From Candidatus Nomurabacteria bacterium (GTDB lineage: Bacteria > Patescibacteriota > Saccharimonadia > Saccharimonadales > UBA7683), in assembly GCA_020631895.1 (NCBI GenBank), contig JACKGR010000002.1, forward strand, positions 1 to 24,000: DNA of 24,000 nt. Direction: 5' to 3'. Position 1 is the stretch's first letter. Each line of letters opens with the position of its first letter. A program made the position numbers and the translations under genes. Below the pieces are notes generated by a model. That model worked only from the letters and a program-made list of their open reading frames with translations, had not been told where the DNA came from and did no database searches. Positions 1-7,141 of this stretch are shown in pieces.

Positions 1-272
1 AATCCACCAATTATTATCATGATAACCGATACTGTACCAACTACTATCGAGAAAATGTTTATGATCTTCTTGGCAAGCTCTGAAAATGATTCACCGTCTT
101 GTTCGCTACAGTCAGTTGAATCAGGATCTGCACCACCAGTACTGTTAACACCTCGACAAACATTGTTTCTGATATCTGCGTGCACTGCGGATGGCAACAA
201 TACTGCTGAAGGCGCTACGAGTAGAGCGATTGCTGCAAATGTTGTTACAAATTTTTTAATAATAGATCTCAT
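1..272 (-). CDS. VirB2/TrbC-type T4SS pilin-like protein, paralogue P0 (3' end cut by window edge)
   Basis: Absent from the ORF track because it runs off the window. Reverse-strand ATG at 272-270 translates without stops to MRSIIKKFVTTFAAIALLVAPSAVLLPSAVHA|DIRNNVCRGVNSTGGADPDSTDCSEQDGESFSELAKKIINIFSIVVGTVSVIMIIIGG. This gives a signal peptide, one Cys pair, and the start of the same hydrophobic core as the 367..825 paralogue (KKIINIFSIV.GTV.VIMIIIGG nearly identical). The + strand ORF 19..306 is its antisense shadow. Confidence 0.75.
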   Translation of the reverse strand, partial: MRSIIKKFVTTFAAIALLVAPSAVLLPSAVHADIRNNVCRGVNSTGGADPDSTDCSEQDGESFSELAKKIINIFSIVVGTVSVIMIIIGG

Positions 273-305
273 TATATTTAATTCCCTTTCATTATGTATG
301 TGCTG

Positions 306-334
306 ATTATATCGAACGTTTACGTTTACTTCAA
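306..334 (-). promoter_or_regulatory. sigma70-like promoter for pilin paralogue P0
   Basis: On the minus strand: TTGAAG (334-329), exactly 17 nt spacer, TATAAT (311-306). It lies about 34 nt upstream of the P0 ATG, with an AAGGGA Shine-Dalgarno-like element in between. Called on sequence only. Confidence 0.45.
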
Positions 335-366
335 TAGATGCACTAACTATTTAACCGATACTATTA

Positions 367-825
367 CTAAGGTGTGCCTTTTGGTGGGGTAGTTGGAGCT
401 GTTTTTGGTGGGGTAGTTGGAGTAGCTGGTGATTTTGTATCTGTATTAGATAACACAAATATAACTATAACTTGGGCGAACAACACCACTACAAGTCCAA
501 TAACCGCATACATGATTGTATCTTTAGCGGATTTTGTGGCCGAACTATCTCCTCCGGAGATGATATAGCGGAAACCACCGATTATTATCATGATTACTGC
601 GACCGTTCCGATTACAATCGAGAATATGTTTATTATTTTTTTAATTAATCTCTGAAAGTCACTTCTACCAGTCGTTGCATCATCGCAATCAGCTGTAGGG
701 TCTACAAGCTTAATACCATCACATGCATCTGTTTTAGCATCTGCATGAACAGCTACTGCCGGCACTAGACCAAGCGAACCCACTAGACCAAGTGATATTA
801 ATAACATTTTAATTTTTTGCAACAT
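367..825 (-). CDS. VirB2/TrbC-type T4SS pilin-like protein, paralogue P1, with Pro/Thr-rich C-terminal tail
   Basis: 152-aa ORF. Signal peptide (AVAVHA|DAK) and exactly one Cys pair (DAC...ADC). Two hydrophobic helices joined by a short polar loop: IINIFSIVIGTVAVIMIIIGGFRYIISGGDSSATKSAKDTIMYAVIGLVVVLFAQVIVIFVL. AAGGAG (835-840, minus strand) lies 9 nt upstream of the ATG. Tail is TKSPATPTTPPKTAPTTPPKGTP. Confidence 0.8.
   Translation of the reverse strand: MLQKIKMLLISLGLVGSLGLVPAVAVHADAKTDACDGIKLVDPTADCDDATTGRSDFQRLIKKIINIFSIVIGTVAVIMIIIGGFRYIISGGDSSATKSAKDTIMYAVIGLVVVLFAQVIVIFVLSNTDTKSPATPTTPPKTAPTTPPKGTP
379..422 (-). repeat. exact 20-nt direct repeat (period 24 nt) encoding the PTTPPK tail of P1
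   Basis: TTTTGGTGGGGTAGTTGGAG occurs at 379-398 and again at 403-422, identical and separated by 4 nt. In the coding frame this yields two P-T-T-P-P-K units. Confidence 0.8.
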
Positions 826-850
826 TTACATTATCTCCTTAATGACTACA

Positions 851-1285
851 TTATAGATTGCTTAGCACAAAAGTAATAATTGTTTGTGCAAAAACTGCCA
901 CTAACAACCCGACGACCGCATATAATATGGTGTCTTTTGCAGCTTTTATTGCCGTACCATCGCCACCAGACACAATGTATCTAAATCCACCAACCATAAT
1001 CATTATGATAGATATGGCTCCAGTGAGTAAGGTAACTGTCTGAGTTATCTTATAAAATATTGATGAAGGACCCAGGATAGGCGACGAGTCGTTATCAATA
1101 GCATCTCCGCCGCGTGGATTCTCTTGAGCATCCTTACAAAAAGGGGAATCCGCGGCCTCGATGCAAGGATCGGTCGGATTAGCAAAATCAGCTGCAGATA
1201 CCGTAGGAGCAGTTGCAAGCACAAGCTGAATTAACACAGCAAAGGCGGCTATAATAAGGATTATTTTTTTAAAAAAAGTCCTCAT
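851..1285 (-). CDS. VirB2/TrbC-type T4SS pilin-like protein, paralogue P2
   Basis: The track ORF 851..1519 is over-extended and its first 78 codons overlap P3. The internal ATG at 1285-1283 gives MRTFFKKIILIIAAFAVLIQLVLATAPTVSA|ADFANPTDPCIEAADSPFCKD... This has a signal peptide, one Cys pair, and the core GAISIIMIMVGGFRYIVSGGDGTAIKAAKDTILYAVVGLLVAVFAQTIITFVL. Confidence 0.8.
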   Translation of the reverse strand: MRTFFKKIILIIAAFAVLIQLVLATAPTVSAADFANPTDPCIEAADSPFCKDAQENPRGGDAIDNDSSPILGPSSIFYKITQTVTLLTGAISIIMIMVGGFRYIVSGGDGTAIKAAKDTILYAVVGLLVAVFAQTIITFVLSNL

Positions 1286-1287
1286 AA

Positions 1288-1698
1288 TCAAGATAAAGCT
1301 CCAAATATAAAGCTTGTGATAACAAACACTGATATACCGAGAACTAATCCAATAACTGCATACATTATTGTTTTTTTGGCAGTTGCAATGGCGTTTCCAT
1401 CTCCTCCTGATAATGCATACCTCATGCCTCCGATAACTATAAATAGTAGCGACAACATGGTCAGAGCCCCAAATGCAAGTTTTGTTAGTGTCTGAATTAT
1501 TGAAGTGTCTGATCCACAACCGTAAGTCGGGAGACCAATTACACTAGCATCAAGCAGAGCCTTATTGTTTGAGCAGGGCACTCTAGTTGCCGCTTTTGAG
1601 GCAACCGCAAAATTTGGACTAAAAATCGTTAAAAGTAACGACACAAAGACAACTAATCCAACAATTGATCCTTTACTGAACCTAAATAACTTGCTCAT
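1288..1698 (-). CDS. VirB2/TrbC-type T4SS pilin-like protein, paralogue P3
   Basis: 136 aa. Signal peptide (FAVAS|KAAT), one Cys pair (VPC...YGC), core LSLLFIVIGGMRYALSGGDGNAIATAKKTIMYAVIGLVLGISVFVITSFIF. Its start overlaps the P4 stop in ATGA (1695-1698). Its stop TGA lies 2 nt before the P2 ATG. Confidence 0.8.
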   Translation of the reverse strand: MSKLFRFSKGSIVGLVVFVSLLLTIFSPNFAVASKAATRVPCSNNKALLDASVIGLPTYGCGSDTSIIQTLTKLAFGALTMLSLLFIVIGGMRYALSGGDGNAIATAKKTIMYAVIGLVLGISVFVITSFIFGALS

Positions 1699-2048
1699 GT
1701 TACTTTAAAAACCGTTCCGATAATAAATCCAACAAGCCAGGCCGACAAAATACAAACAAACAACCCAATCAACGCATTTGTCATGGTGTTTCTGGCAGAT
1801 TTTATGGCTTCTGGTGAACCCTGGCTGGTAACCATTTTAAACGCTCCAAATATAAAAAATACGATTGATACTAAAGCGCCGATTCGGAGCAGGGCGTCAG
1901 TTATTCCAGCTAGAACCAACCATACACTACCGACCCCATATGTCTTAAAGTCAAGATTTTTACATGAACCCGGCATGTACTTATACCAACCCTCAATAGT
2001 AAAGAACGTGTTTCCGCAACTTGCCGCTAGATTTTCTAAAAATGACAT
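1695..2048 (-). CDS. divergent pilin-like two-TM protein, paralogue P4 (no recognisable signal peptide)
   Basis: 117 aa. Begins directly with a Cys-pair segment (ASC...GSC). Then a two-helix core LLRIGALVSIVFFIFGAFKMVTSQGSPEAIKSARNTMTNALIGLFVCILSAWLVGFII, with the same helix-loop(..A.K.A..T...A)-helix layout as P1-P3. An in-frame TAG at 2085-2087 and no alternative start upstream fix the ATG at 2048. Confidence 0.65.
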   Translation of the reverse strand: MSFLENLAASCGNTFFTIEGWYKYMPGSCKNLDFKTYGVGSVWLVLAGITDALLRIGALVSIVFFIFGAFKMVTSQGSPEAIKSARNTMTNALIGLFVCILSAWLVGFIIGTVFKVT

Positions 2049-2084
2049 CTTGTAAATAACTATATTATAGATACTTATTAGAGT

Positions 2085-2918
2085 CTATAGGCTAAATACG
2101 CCACCTGGAATTAGCCACTGTAGTAGGCCGAACATAAACGCATAAATAACGATTCCAATCACGACATTATATATTCTAGTTTTGGCTCCAGCGACCGCTT
2201 GAGGATTATCCTGAGCTGCAGCGTATTGTATGCCAGATATTACCAAAAAGAATACCGCCAAGATACCTAGACCTAAAGTGAACCACTTAATATATGACGA
2301 GACCCTTGCTACAAATTTTGACTTAGCTCCTGCATTATCAATATTTATAGCACCTCCTGCGCTTGTACTGTCGTCGACAGGACCCGGTGGATCAGCCCAG
2401 TCGGATTTATAATCGCTTAAGAACTGTTGCTGTATCCGTCTTACACAATCAGCATCCTGGTCATCGACAGTACCACAGTCTTCGATTATCTGCTTTAACG
2501 CATCATAGAATTTGGTACTTTTATTGGGCAAAATATAACAACCCTCTGGAACCCTAGCTTCGTCAGCCGGCGAACGGCTAGCGTCAAACCTCGGAGCGCA
2601 GAATTGCGGAATAGTAAATCCAGCAAATCTTTTTAATTCTGTTGGTTTACGGTATACAAAGCCTAGAAAAGCCTGTTTGCACTCTTCTTGTTTATCAGAA
2701 TTAGCCAATCCACACCACTGATTTGTTAAATCATCAAATTTACGTCTGCTCATTGTGCAATTATATGGTTTATCTTGACTACACCCAGACGGACCCAAAG
2801 CGTCAGCTTTTACTTCTTTTTGCATCAAAATAAATACTGACGATGTTAGTAATATGCCGAGTAATACCAACAACTTAGTCAATTTAAAAGCGTAGTGTGT
2901 TTTTCCAATTAAATTCAT
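2085..2918 (-). CDS. pilin-core protein with about 190-aa 8-Cys N-terminal ectodomain, paralogue P5
   Basis: 277 aa. N-terminal signal/anchor (LLVLLGILLTSSVFIL) followed by a soluble region with 8 Cys. C-terminal two-helix module: WFTLGLGILAVFFLVISGIQYAAAQDNPQAVAGAKTRIYNVVIGIVIYAFMFGLLQWLI, homologous in layout to P0-P4. Confidence 0.7.
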   Translation of the reverse strand: MNLIGKTHYAFKLTKLLVLLGILLTSSVFILMQKEVKADALGPSGCSQDKPYNCTMSRRKFDDLTNQWCGLANSDKQEECKQAFLGFVYRKPTELKRFAGFTIPQFCAPRFDASRSPADEARVPEGCYILPNKSTKFYDALKQIIEDCGTVDDQDADCVRRIQQQFLSDYKSDWADPPGPVDDSTSAGGAINIDNAGAKSKFVARVSSYIKWFTLGLGILAVFFLVISGIQYAAAQDNPQAVAGAKTRIYNVVIGIVIYAFMFGLLQWLIPGGVFSL

Positions 2919-3018
2919 AGTATATAGCTAACATATTATACTAAATCATTAACTCGTTAAATGGGGCCTTTTTAAATATTTGTAATCCCAGGGCTACTTG
3001 TTTACAATAAGCTTAATA
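2919..3018. promoter_or_regulatory. divergent control region between the pilin array and the T4SS-like operon
   Basis: 100-bp AT-rich gap between divergently oriented gene sets. Minus-strand TATAAT (2940-2935) lies 16 nt upstream of the P5 ATG with no good -35. Plus-strand candidate is TTAAAT (2957-2962)-N18-TGTAAT (2981-2986). A 6-bp inverted repeat AGTATA/TATACT sits at 2919-2924 and 2937-2942. Promoter function is not demonstrable from sequence. Confidence 0.35.
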
Positions 3019-5955
3019 ATGAATAGTAAAAAACTAAGATCTGGTGGCAGACAAAAGGGTACTTTGATTAGATTAATTGTACTTGTTGTTGTTTTATTTA
3101 ACTCACTTTTAAGCGGATCTTTAATTAAGCCATCACCAGCTCAGGCCGCCAGTGGGTTTAGCTCTCAACTAAATTTTAGTGATCCACCGTTTGACACTTC
3201 GGATGAATACGGGATTTGGGTAGACCGAGCGAGAATAATGATATATCAAAGCAGTACCCCAATCACTGACGACATAGAGGATGGTGACCTTGGCGGACAA
3301 AAATTTGAGGCTGATCCTAACGAGGGACTCAACGGAGGCACAGTAGAATATATTTCTGGATGCCAAAGTCTTACAGTAACCTTTGATAATGCAGAGGATA
3401 ATCCGGACAGCGGTCAACTGACTAAGTGTGACGGGACGCCAGTGGGCGTAACATTGTTAAACAAAGATTATGCCACTATAGACGGCTACATAAGTGAAGA
3501 CTCAGAAAAAATCGATATGGTTAGATACGTTAATGGCATTAACGGGTGCGGTACGTTTGATACGGGTGGTAACTTAAGTGGAGATTATAAAAGTGACGGT
3601 ACTTTTGAAAAGGACGGCTCAGTATGGAAACTAACTGGTAATACATCGGCTGTAGTTTATGACTACAACAGCAATGGTAGCAATAGGGCTGGCCGTGCAA
3701 AGCAGAAGAAGACATCTAGCTGTAACTCAATCGGTAGAGTAACGCCATCTGCACTTGTTGCGGCGGGAATCGTAATTACCGGCGGCAGCAACGCTACAAT
3801 TTCGTATGCGGGTGGCAGTAGCGGAGGAAGACCGGTAAATATTCTGAAAGGCTTTAACCGTGGCCAAGTAACGAGCGCTGTAGAAAATAAAATAGATAAT
3901 TACAATGCCATTAGAGGCAGGATTTCGCGTCTCACTCAATATTTTCAAGACAGTTCAGCCGGCCAAGCTGCTATTACAAAATGTAAAAACGACACAGGTA
4001 CGACGGGCGATAGGGCAGCAATCGTCCAATATTTAGCACAGAACAATCAGGCAGGGCTAAACCCATTCACAGACTGTATGCTACGCGAGTTAGAGGGAGA
4101 TCAAGACTTTGAAGACGCTCTAAACTTCAATTACTCAGGTAATTTTGATACCGATATAATTGCAGACACAAGTGAGAACTGTGGTTCTGCTGGTCCACCA
4201 ATAATCGGTCCGATGGCATGCTGGGCAGTTGAATATGTTTATGATGCGCTCTTTGCAGGCTTTAAGGCCGTAATAGATTATTTTGCGTCTCCGTCAGACA
4301 TGTTCACGGATCAAAATAGCACACTTGAGCAATCGATGAAGAACCTAAGGGACTTTGCCAATATTATATTTGTGCTAGCTTTTCTGGTTGTTGTTTTTCA
4401 GTATATGACCAACATTAGCGTAGTCGATGCCTACTTTATCAAAAAGTTTATACCGCGACTTGTTATTGCTGTTGTTTTGGTACAGGCGGCGTTCTTTATA
4501 ACGTCAGAATTGAATGCCTTTTTCTATGATCTTGGTAACAGTGTTCAGACAATAGTTTTTCAGGGCTCATCGCCAGGCGAACTTGCAGTTACAAATGGTG
4601 CCGCAACGATAGCATTGGTCTACGCTTTGGCCCTTGGGCCTGCACTTTTGGGGTTAGTCTTGGTGCTAGGCATAATCATGCTTCTGGTGCTTCTTGTCAC
4701 GATTATTGTTTTATCAATCAGATACGTCTTGATAATTGTACTGGCAATTTTAGCGCCACTGGCATTTGCGGCGCTGGCAATACCCCAGCTCGAGGGTATG
4801 ACAAAAAAGTGGTTCTCTATGTATATAAAACTGCTGTTAATGTATCCAATAATAATGTTCTTTATCGCTGCATCGGCGGTTGTAGCAGGAGCAATTAGTG
4901 GAGGTGGCACAATAATGGCGTTTCTCAGTTTAGTTGTCGCATTCTTACCATTTATAATTTTACCGTTTACGTTTAAATTTGCCGGCGGAATCATGGGTAC
5001 AGTAACAGCAAAGCTTGGCAGTCTGGCCAAAAAGGGCGCCAAGATGGGATACAATCAAGGCAGGAAAGCCTACGACAACTCCTACACAGGCATGAAACGA
5101 GCCAAAGAGAAAGAAGTTAAGAAGGGAATTAAAGCCGACAGAGCAAGCACCGCAGCAGCAGGCACCTTTATGAGAAAAGTAGATGGTATGAGCCCAGCAA
5201 GGAGACGGCGATTATTTGGGAGTGACCAAGAAAAATATATGGGCATTCTTCAAGATAGAGAAACAAAGCGACTTAAAGAGGAGGCAGAAAGCGAACTTGC
5301 AACCAAACTTAGGACCGCTCCTGACCAAAAAGCAAAAGTTAAGATAATGGATACGCATTACAGAGAAGCTATGGCTAGGCGCGACTATCACGCCGCCGGT
5401 GCCGCCTACGACCAACTTGTCGGGGCCAAGGCACACGATGAACTTGCAGCCATTCAGGCTGACGCTGTTAGTGGAGTAGATTCTTCTGTAGGCACTTCTA
5501 CCAGCGGGGCTGTATGGGGTGACGCCGGAAGAGCGGCATATAACAAACAACAGGGAGACAACTTTAGTAAACTTGGTGAGTTTGGTGCCCACCTTCGTGG
5601 CGATGTAAGCGCAACAACGAACCTTGATACTCACCGAGCAGAGAACCTTAGGAATTTGAGTGCAGATGAGTTAGCCATTGCGCCCGCAAAAACATGGGAA
5701 GCATTCCATGCAGTTGCCCCTACCGAGGCTACAGAAAGATGGGTTAACATACACGCTGCAGGCGGAAGCCCGGCGACCAAATTAAAACCAGAAGCCAAGG
5801 CTATATTGGCAACAGATCCTAATGTTATCGCAACGATGAATGAATCAGATGCTGATATAGCCGCGAGATTAGCCGGAATCCCTCTAGGTTCAAGGACCGC
5901 TGCTATAGATGCAGCTAAAGCTCAACGAGATAAATACAAAGCAGCATTCTCATAG
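3019..5955 (+). CDS. extended VirB6/TrbL/PrgH-like polytopic T4SS membrane protein
   Basis: The track ORF starts at TTG 2998. The first ATG, at 3019, gives MNSKKLRSGGRQKG + h-region + AQA|AS. An ectodomain of about 400 aa carries 8 Cys. It is followed by at least 5-6 long hydrophobic segments: ANIIFVLAFLVVVFQY, LVIAVVLVQAAFFI, LGLVLVLGIIMLLVLLVTIIVLSI, VLIIVLAILAPLAFAALAI, LLLMYPIIMFFIAASAVVAGAI, MAFLSLVVAFLPFIILPF. The C-terminus is a Cys-free K/R/A/E-rich tail of about 300 aa. The assignment rests on topology and on its position directly 5' of the PrgI-like and VirB4 genes, not on a recognised signature. Confidence 0.55.
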   Translation: MNSKKLRSGGRQKGTLIRLIVLVVVLFNSLLSGSLIKPSPAQAASGFSSQLNFSDPPFDTSDEYGIWVDRARIMIYQSSTPITDDIEDGDLGGQKFEADPNEGLNGGTVEYISGCQSLTVTFDNAEDNPDSGQLTKCDGTPVGVTLLNKDYATIDGYISEDSEKIDMVRYVNGINGCGTFDTGGNLSGDYKSDGTFEKDGSVWKLTGNTSAVVYDYNSNGSNRAGRAKQKKTSSCNSIGRVTPSALVAAGIVITGGSNATISYAGGSSGGRPVNILKGFNRGQVTSAVENKIDNYNAIRGRISRLTQYFQDSSAGQAAITKCKNDTGTTGDRAAIVQYLAQNNQAGLNPFTDCMLRELEGDQDFEDALNFNYSGNFDTDIIADTSENCGSAGPPIIGPMACWAVEYVYDALFAGFKAVIDYFASPSDMFTDQNSTLEQSMKNLRDFANIIFVLAFLVVVFQYMTNISVVDAYFIKKFIPRLVIAVVLVQAAFFITSELNAFFYDLGNSVQTIVFQGSSPGELAVTNGAATIALVYALALGPALLGLVLVLGIIMLLVLLVTIIVLSIRYVLIIVLAILAPLAFAALAIPQLEGMTKKWFSMYIKLLLMYPIIMFFIAASAVVAGAISGGGTIMAFLSLVVAFLPFIILPFTFKFAGGIMGTVTAKLGSLAKKGAKMGYNQGRKAYDNSYTGMKRAKEKEVKKGIKADRASTAAAGTFMRKVDGMSPARRRRLFGSDQEKYMGILQDRETKRLKEEAESELATKLRTAPDQKAKVKIMDTHYREAMARRDYHAAGAAYDQLVGAKAHDELAAIQADAVSGVDSSVGTSTSGAVWGDAGRAAYNKQQGDNFSKLGEFGAHLRGDVSATTNLDTHRAENLRNLSADELAIAPAKTWEAFHAVAPTEATERWVNIHAAGGSPATKLKPEAKAILATDPNVIATMNESDADIAARLAGIPLGSRTAAIDAAKAQRDKYKAAFS

Positions 5956-5961
5956 GTTTTT

Positions 5962-6858
5962 ATGGCGACACACAAAGTACCCCAAGACGTAGAGACAGAA
6001 GATAAGATAATTGGCTTTTTAAGCCTTAAACAGTTCATCTTTGTGGTTGTTGGCATCGGCTTTGGTTGGCTGACTTTCTTCTTTGCTACTAGAGTCAACG
6101 TGATTCTTGCACTCATTTGGATTCCTTTTACTGTCGTACCGTTAGTCCTTGGACTCTACCAACGTAAAGACCAGCCGGTAGAAGTGTTTTTGGCATCGGC
6201 ACTTAGGTTTTATTTTAAACCTCGTAAGAGAAAATGGGATCAAGAGGGCTATGAGGAGAGAGTACTAGTGACCGCACCACCAAAAGTTGAGCATCACTAT
6301 ACCAAAGACTTCTCTGGTGAGGAAGCCATGAGCCGATTGACAAGGTTATCTCGAATGATGGATTCACGTGGTTGGGCAAGTAAGCTCAGTGGTGAGTGGC
6401 AAAATCCACAGTTGGCAGCTGCGGCTACGTCTGACGCACGACTCGTTCAGCCGGCTAATTTAGCCACAAATGATTCCGGTTACTTACAAACCTATATGCA
6501 GCCAACTGATGTCATGGACGAGCAAACCAGCGTAGTTGCAAAGGACTTTCAATACAAAATTGACGCAACTGACACTAGTGCCCAGGTAGGTGCTATGAAG
6601 ACCATGGATGCAGCCAGAGCAACTAGTGATAACCCCGCACCACATGTAGAAAAGTATCCCGATATGAGACAATCGGTGGTAAAGCCAATTACAGCTGATA
6701 CTATTACAAGCTCCGCTCCTGACCCTGTGGCACCACCAGTAGTTCAAGATGATGCAACTGAGCCAGAAAACGATGTCCAGCAGCCTATTAAGTCCTCAAC
6801 CTACGAGCCAAAAGTTCAAAAATCAGACGATGGCTCAGTCGAAATCTCCCTCCATTAA
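5962..6858 (+). CDS. PrgI/TcpE (VirB3-like) family membrane protein with long low-complexity C-terminus
   Basis: 298 aa. The N-terminus MATHKVPQDVETEDKIIGFLSLKQFIFVVVGIGFGWLTFFF...ILALIWIPFTVVPLVLGLY shows the VP.D....EDKI.G....Q lead-in plus two TM helices typical of PrgI-family proteins in Gram-positive conjugation loci. It lies upstream of VirB4. The remaining 190 aa or so are acidic, P/T/S-rich and probably disordered. Confidence 0.6.
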   Translation: MATHKVPQDVETEDKIIGFLSLKQFIFVVVGIGFGWLTFFFATRVNVILALIWIPFTVVPLVLGLYQRKDQPVEVFLASALRFYFKPRKRKWDQEGYEERVLVTAPPKVEHHYTKDFSGEEAMSRLTRLSRMMDSRGWASKLSGEWQNPQLAAAATSDARLVQPANLATNDSGYLQTYMQPTDVMDEQTSVVAKDFQYKIDATDTSAQVGAMKTMDAARATSDNPAPHVEKYPDMRQSVVKPITADTITSSAPDPVAPPVVQDDATEPENDVQQPIKSSTYEPKVQKSDDGSVEISLH

Positions 6859-6869
6859 ATTAGGTGGTA

Positions 6870-7057
6870 GGGAATAGGTAGTGGGTGGTAGGGATTATAA
6901 GAGAGCAGATGAGAGGCAAAGAATAGCAGGTAAACATATTTGTCATTCCTGCCCGAGTTTATACTCGACTCGATCGGGTACAGAAATGATGGGAATCTCC
7001 CATATTCTGTTTCCCTCACTCCAAAACCCTACTACCTAGTACCTAAAACCTATTGCC
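6870..7057 (+). repeat. long imperfect inverted repeat / candidate structured RNA inside the operon
   Basis: 6870-6893 pairs with 7027-7041 plus 7049-7057, leaving a 7-nt bulge at 7042-7048. 22 of 24 positions pair, counting two G-U pairs that exist only in the + strand transcript. Inner arms (6943-6957 vs 6969-6989) pair partially. The 11-nt direct repeat GGTGGTAGGGA occurs at 6863-6873 and 6884-6894. No ORF of 60 aa or more lies in 6859-7141. Confidence 0.5.
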
Positions 7058-7141
7058 TGCGCCCCCGGGCGCTATACTTGCGTAGCAGGGGTAGTCCATG
7101 TCATACTCTTTAGGTAATTAGGGTGTGGCTCTATTAATTTT

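Noticed and set aside
19-306. 95-aa + strand ORF at the left edge. Similar + strand ORFs occur at 374..568, 858..1043, 1783..2055, 2230..2412 and 2363..2557.
   Set aside because: All lie antisense to the pilin-like genes, whose products have coherent signal peptides and conserved cores. The + strand translations are low-complexity with no start context, so they are shadow ORFs.
1286-1519. N-terminal 78-codon extension of the 851..1519 ORF (222 aa)
   Set aside because: The extension overlaps the 3' part of pilin P3 in another frame and translates to Cys/Arg/Trp-rich nonsense. The internal ATG at 1285 gives a proper signal peptide, and the length matches the paralogues.
7059-7072. GC-rich stem-loop GCGCC-CCCG-GGCGC, considered as an intrinsic terminator
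   Set aside because: The stem is real, but it is followed by TATACTTGCG rather than a U-tract. I therefore kept it as part of the non-coding-island finding rather than as a terminator feature.
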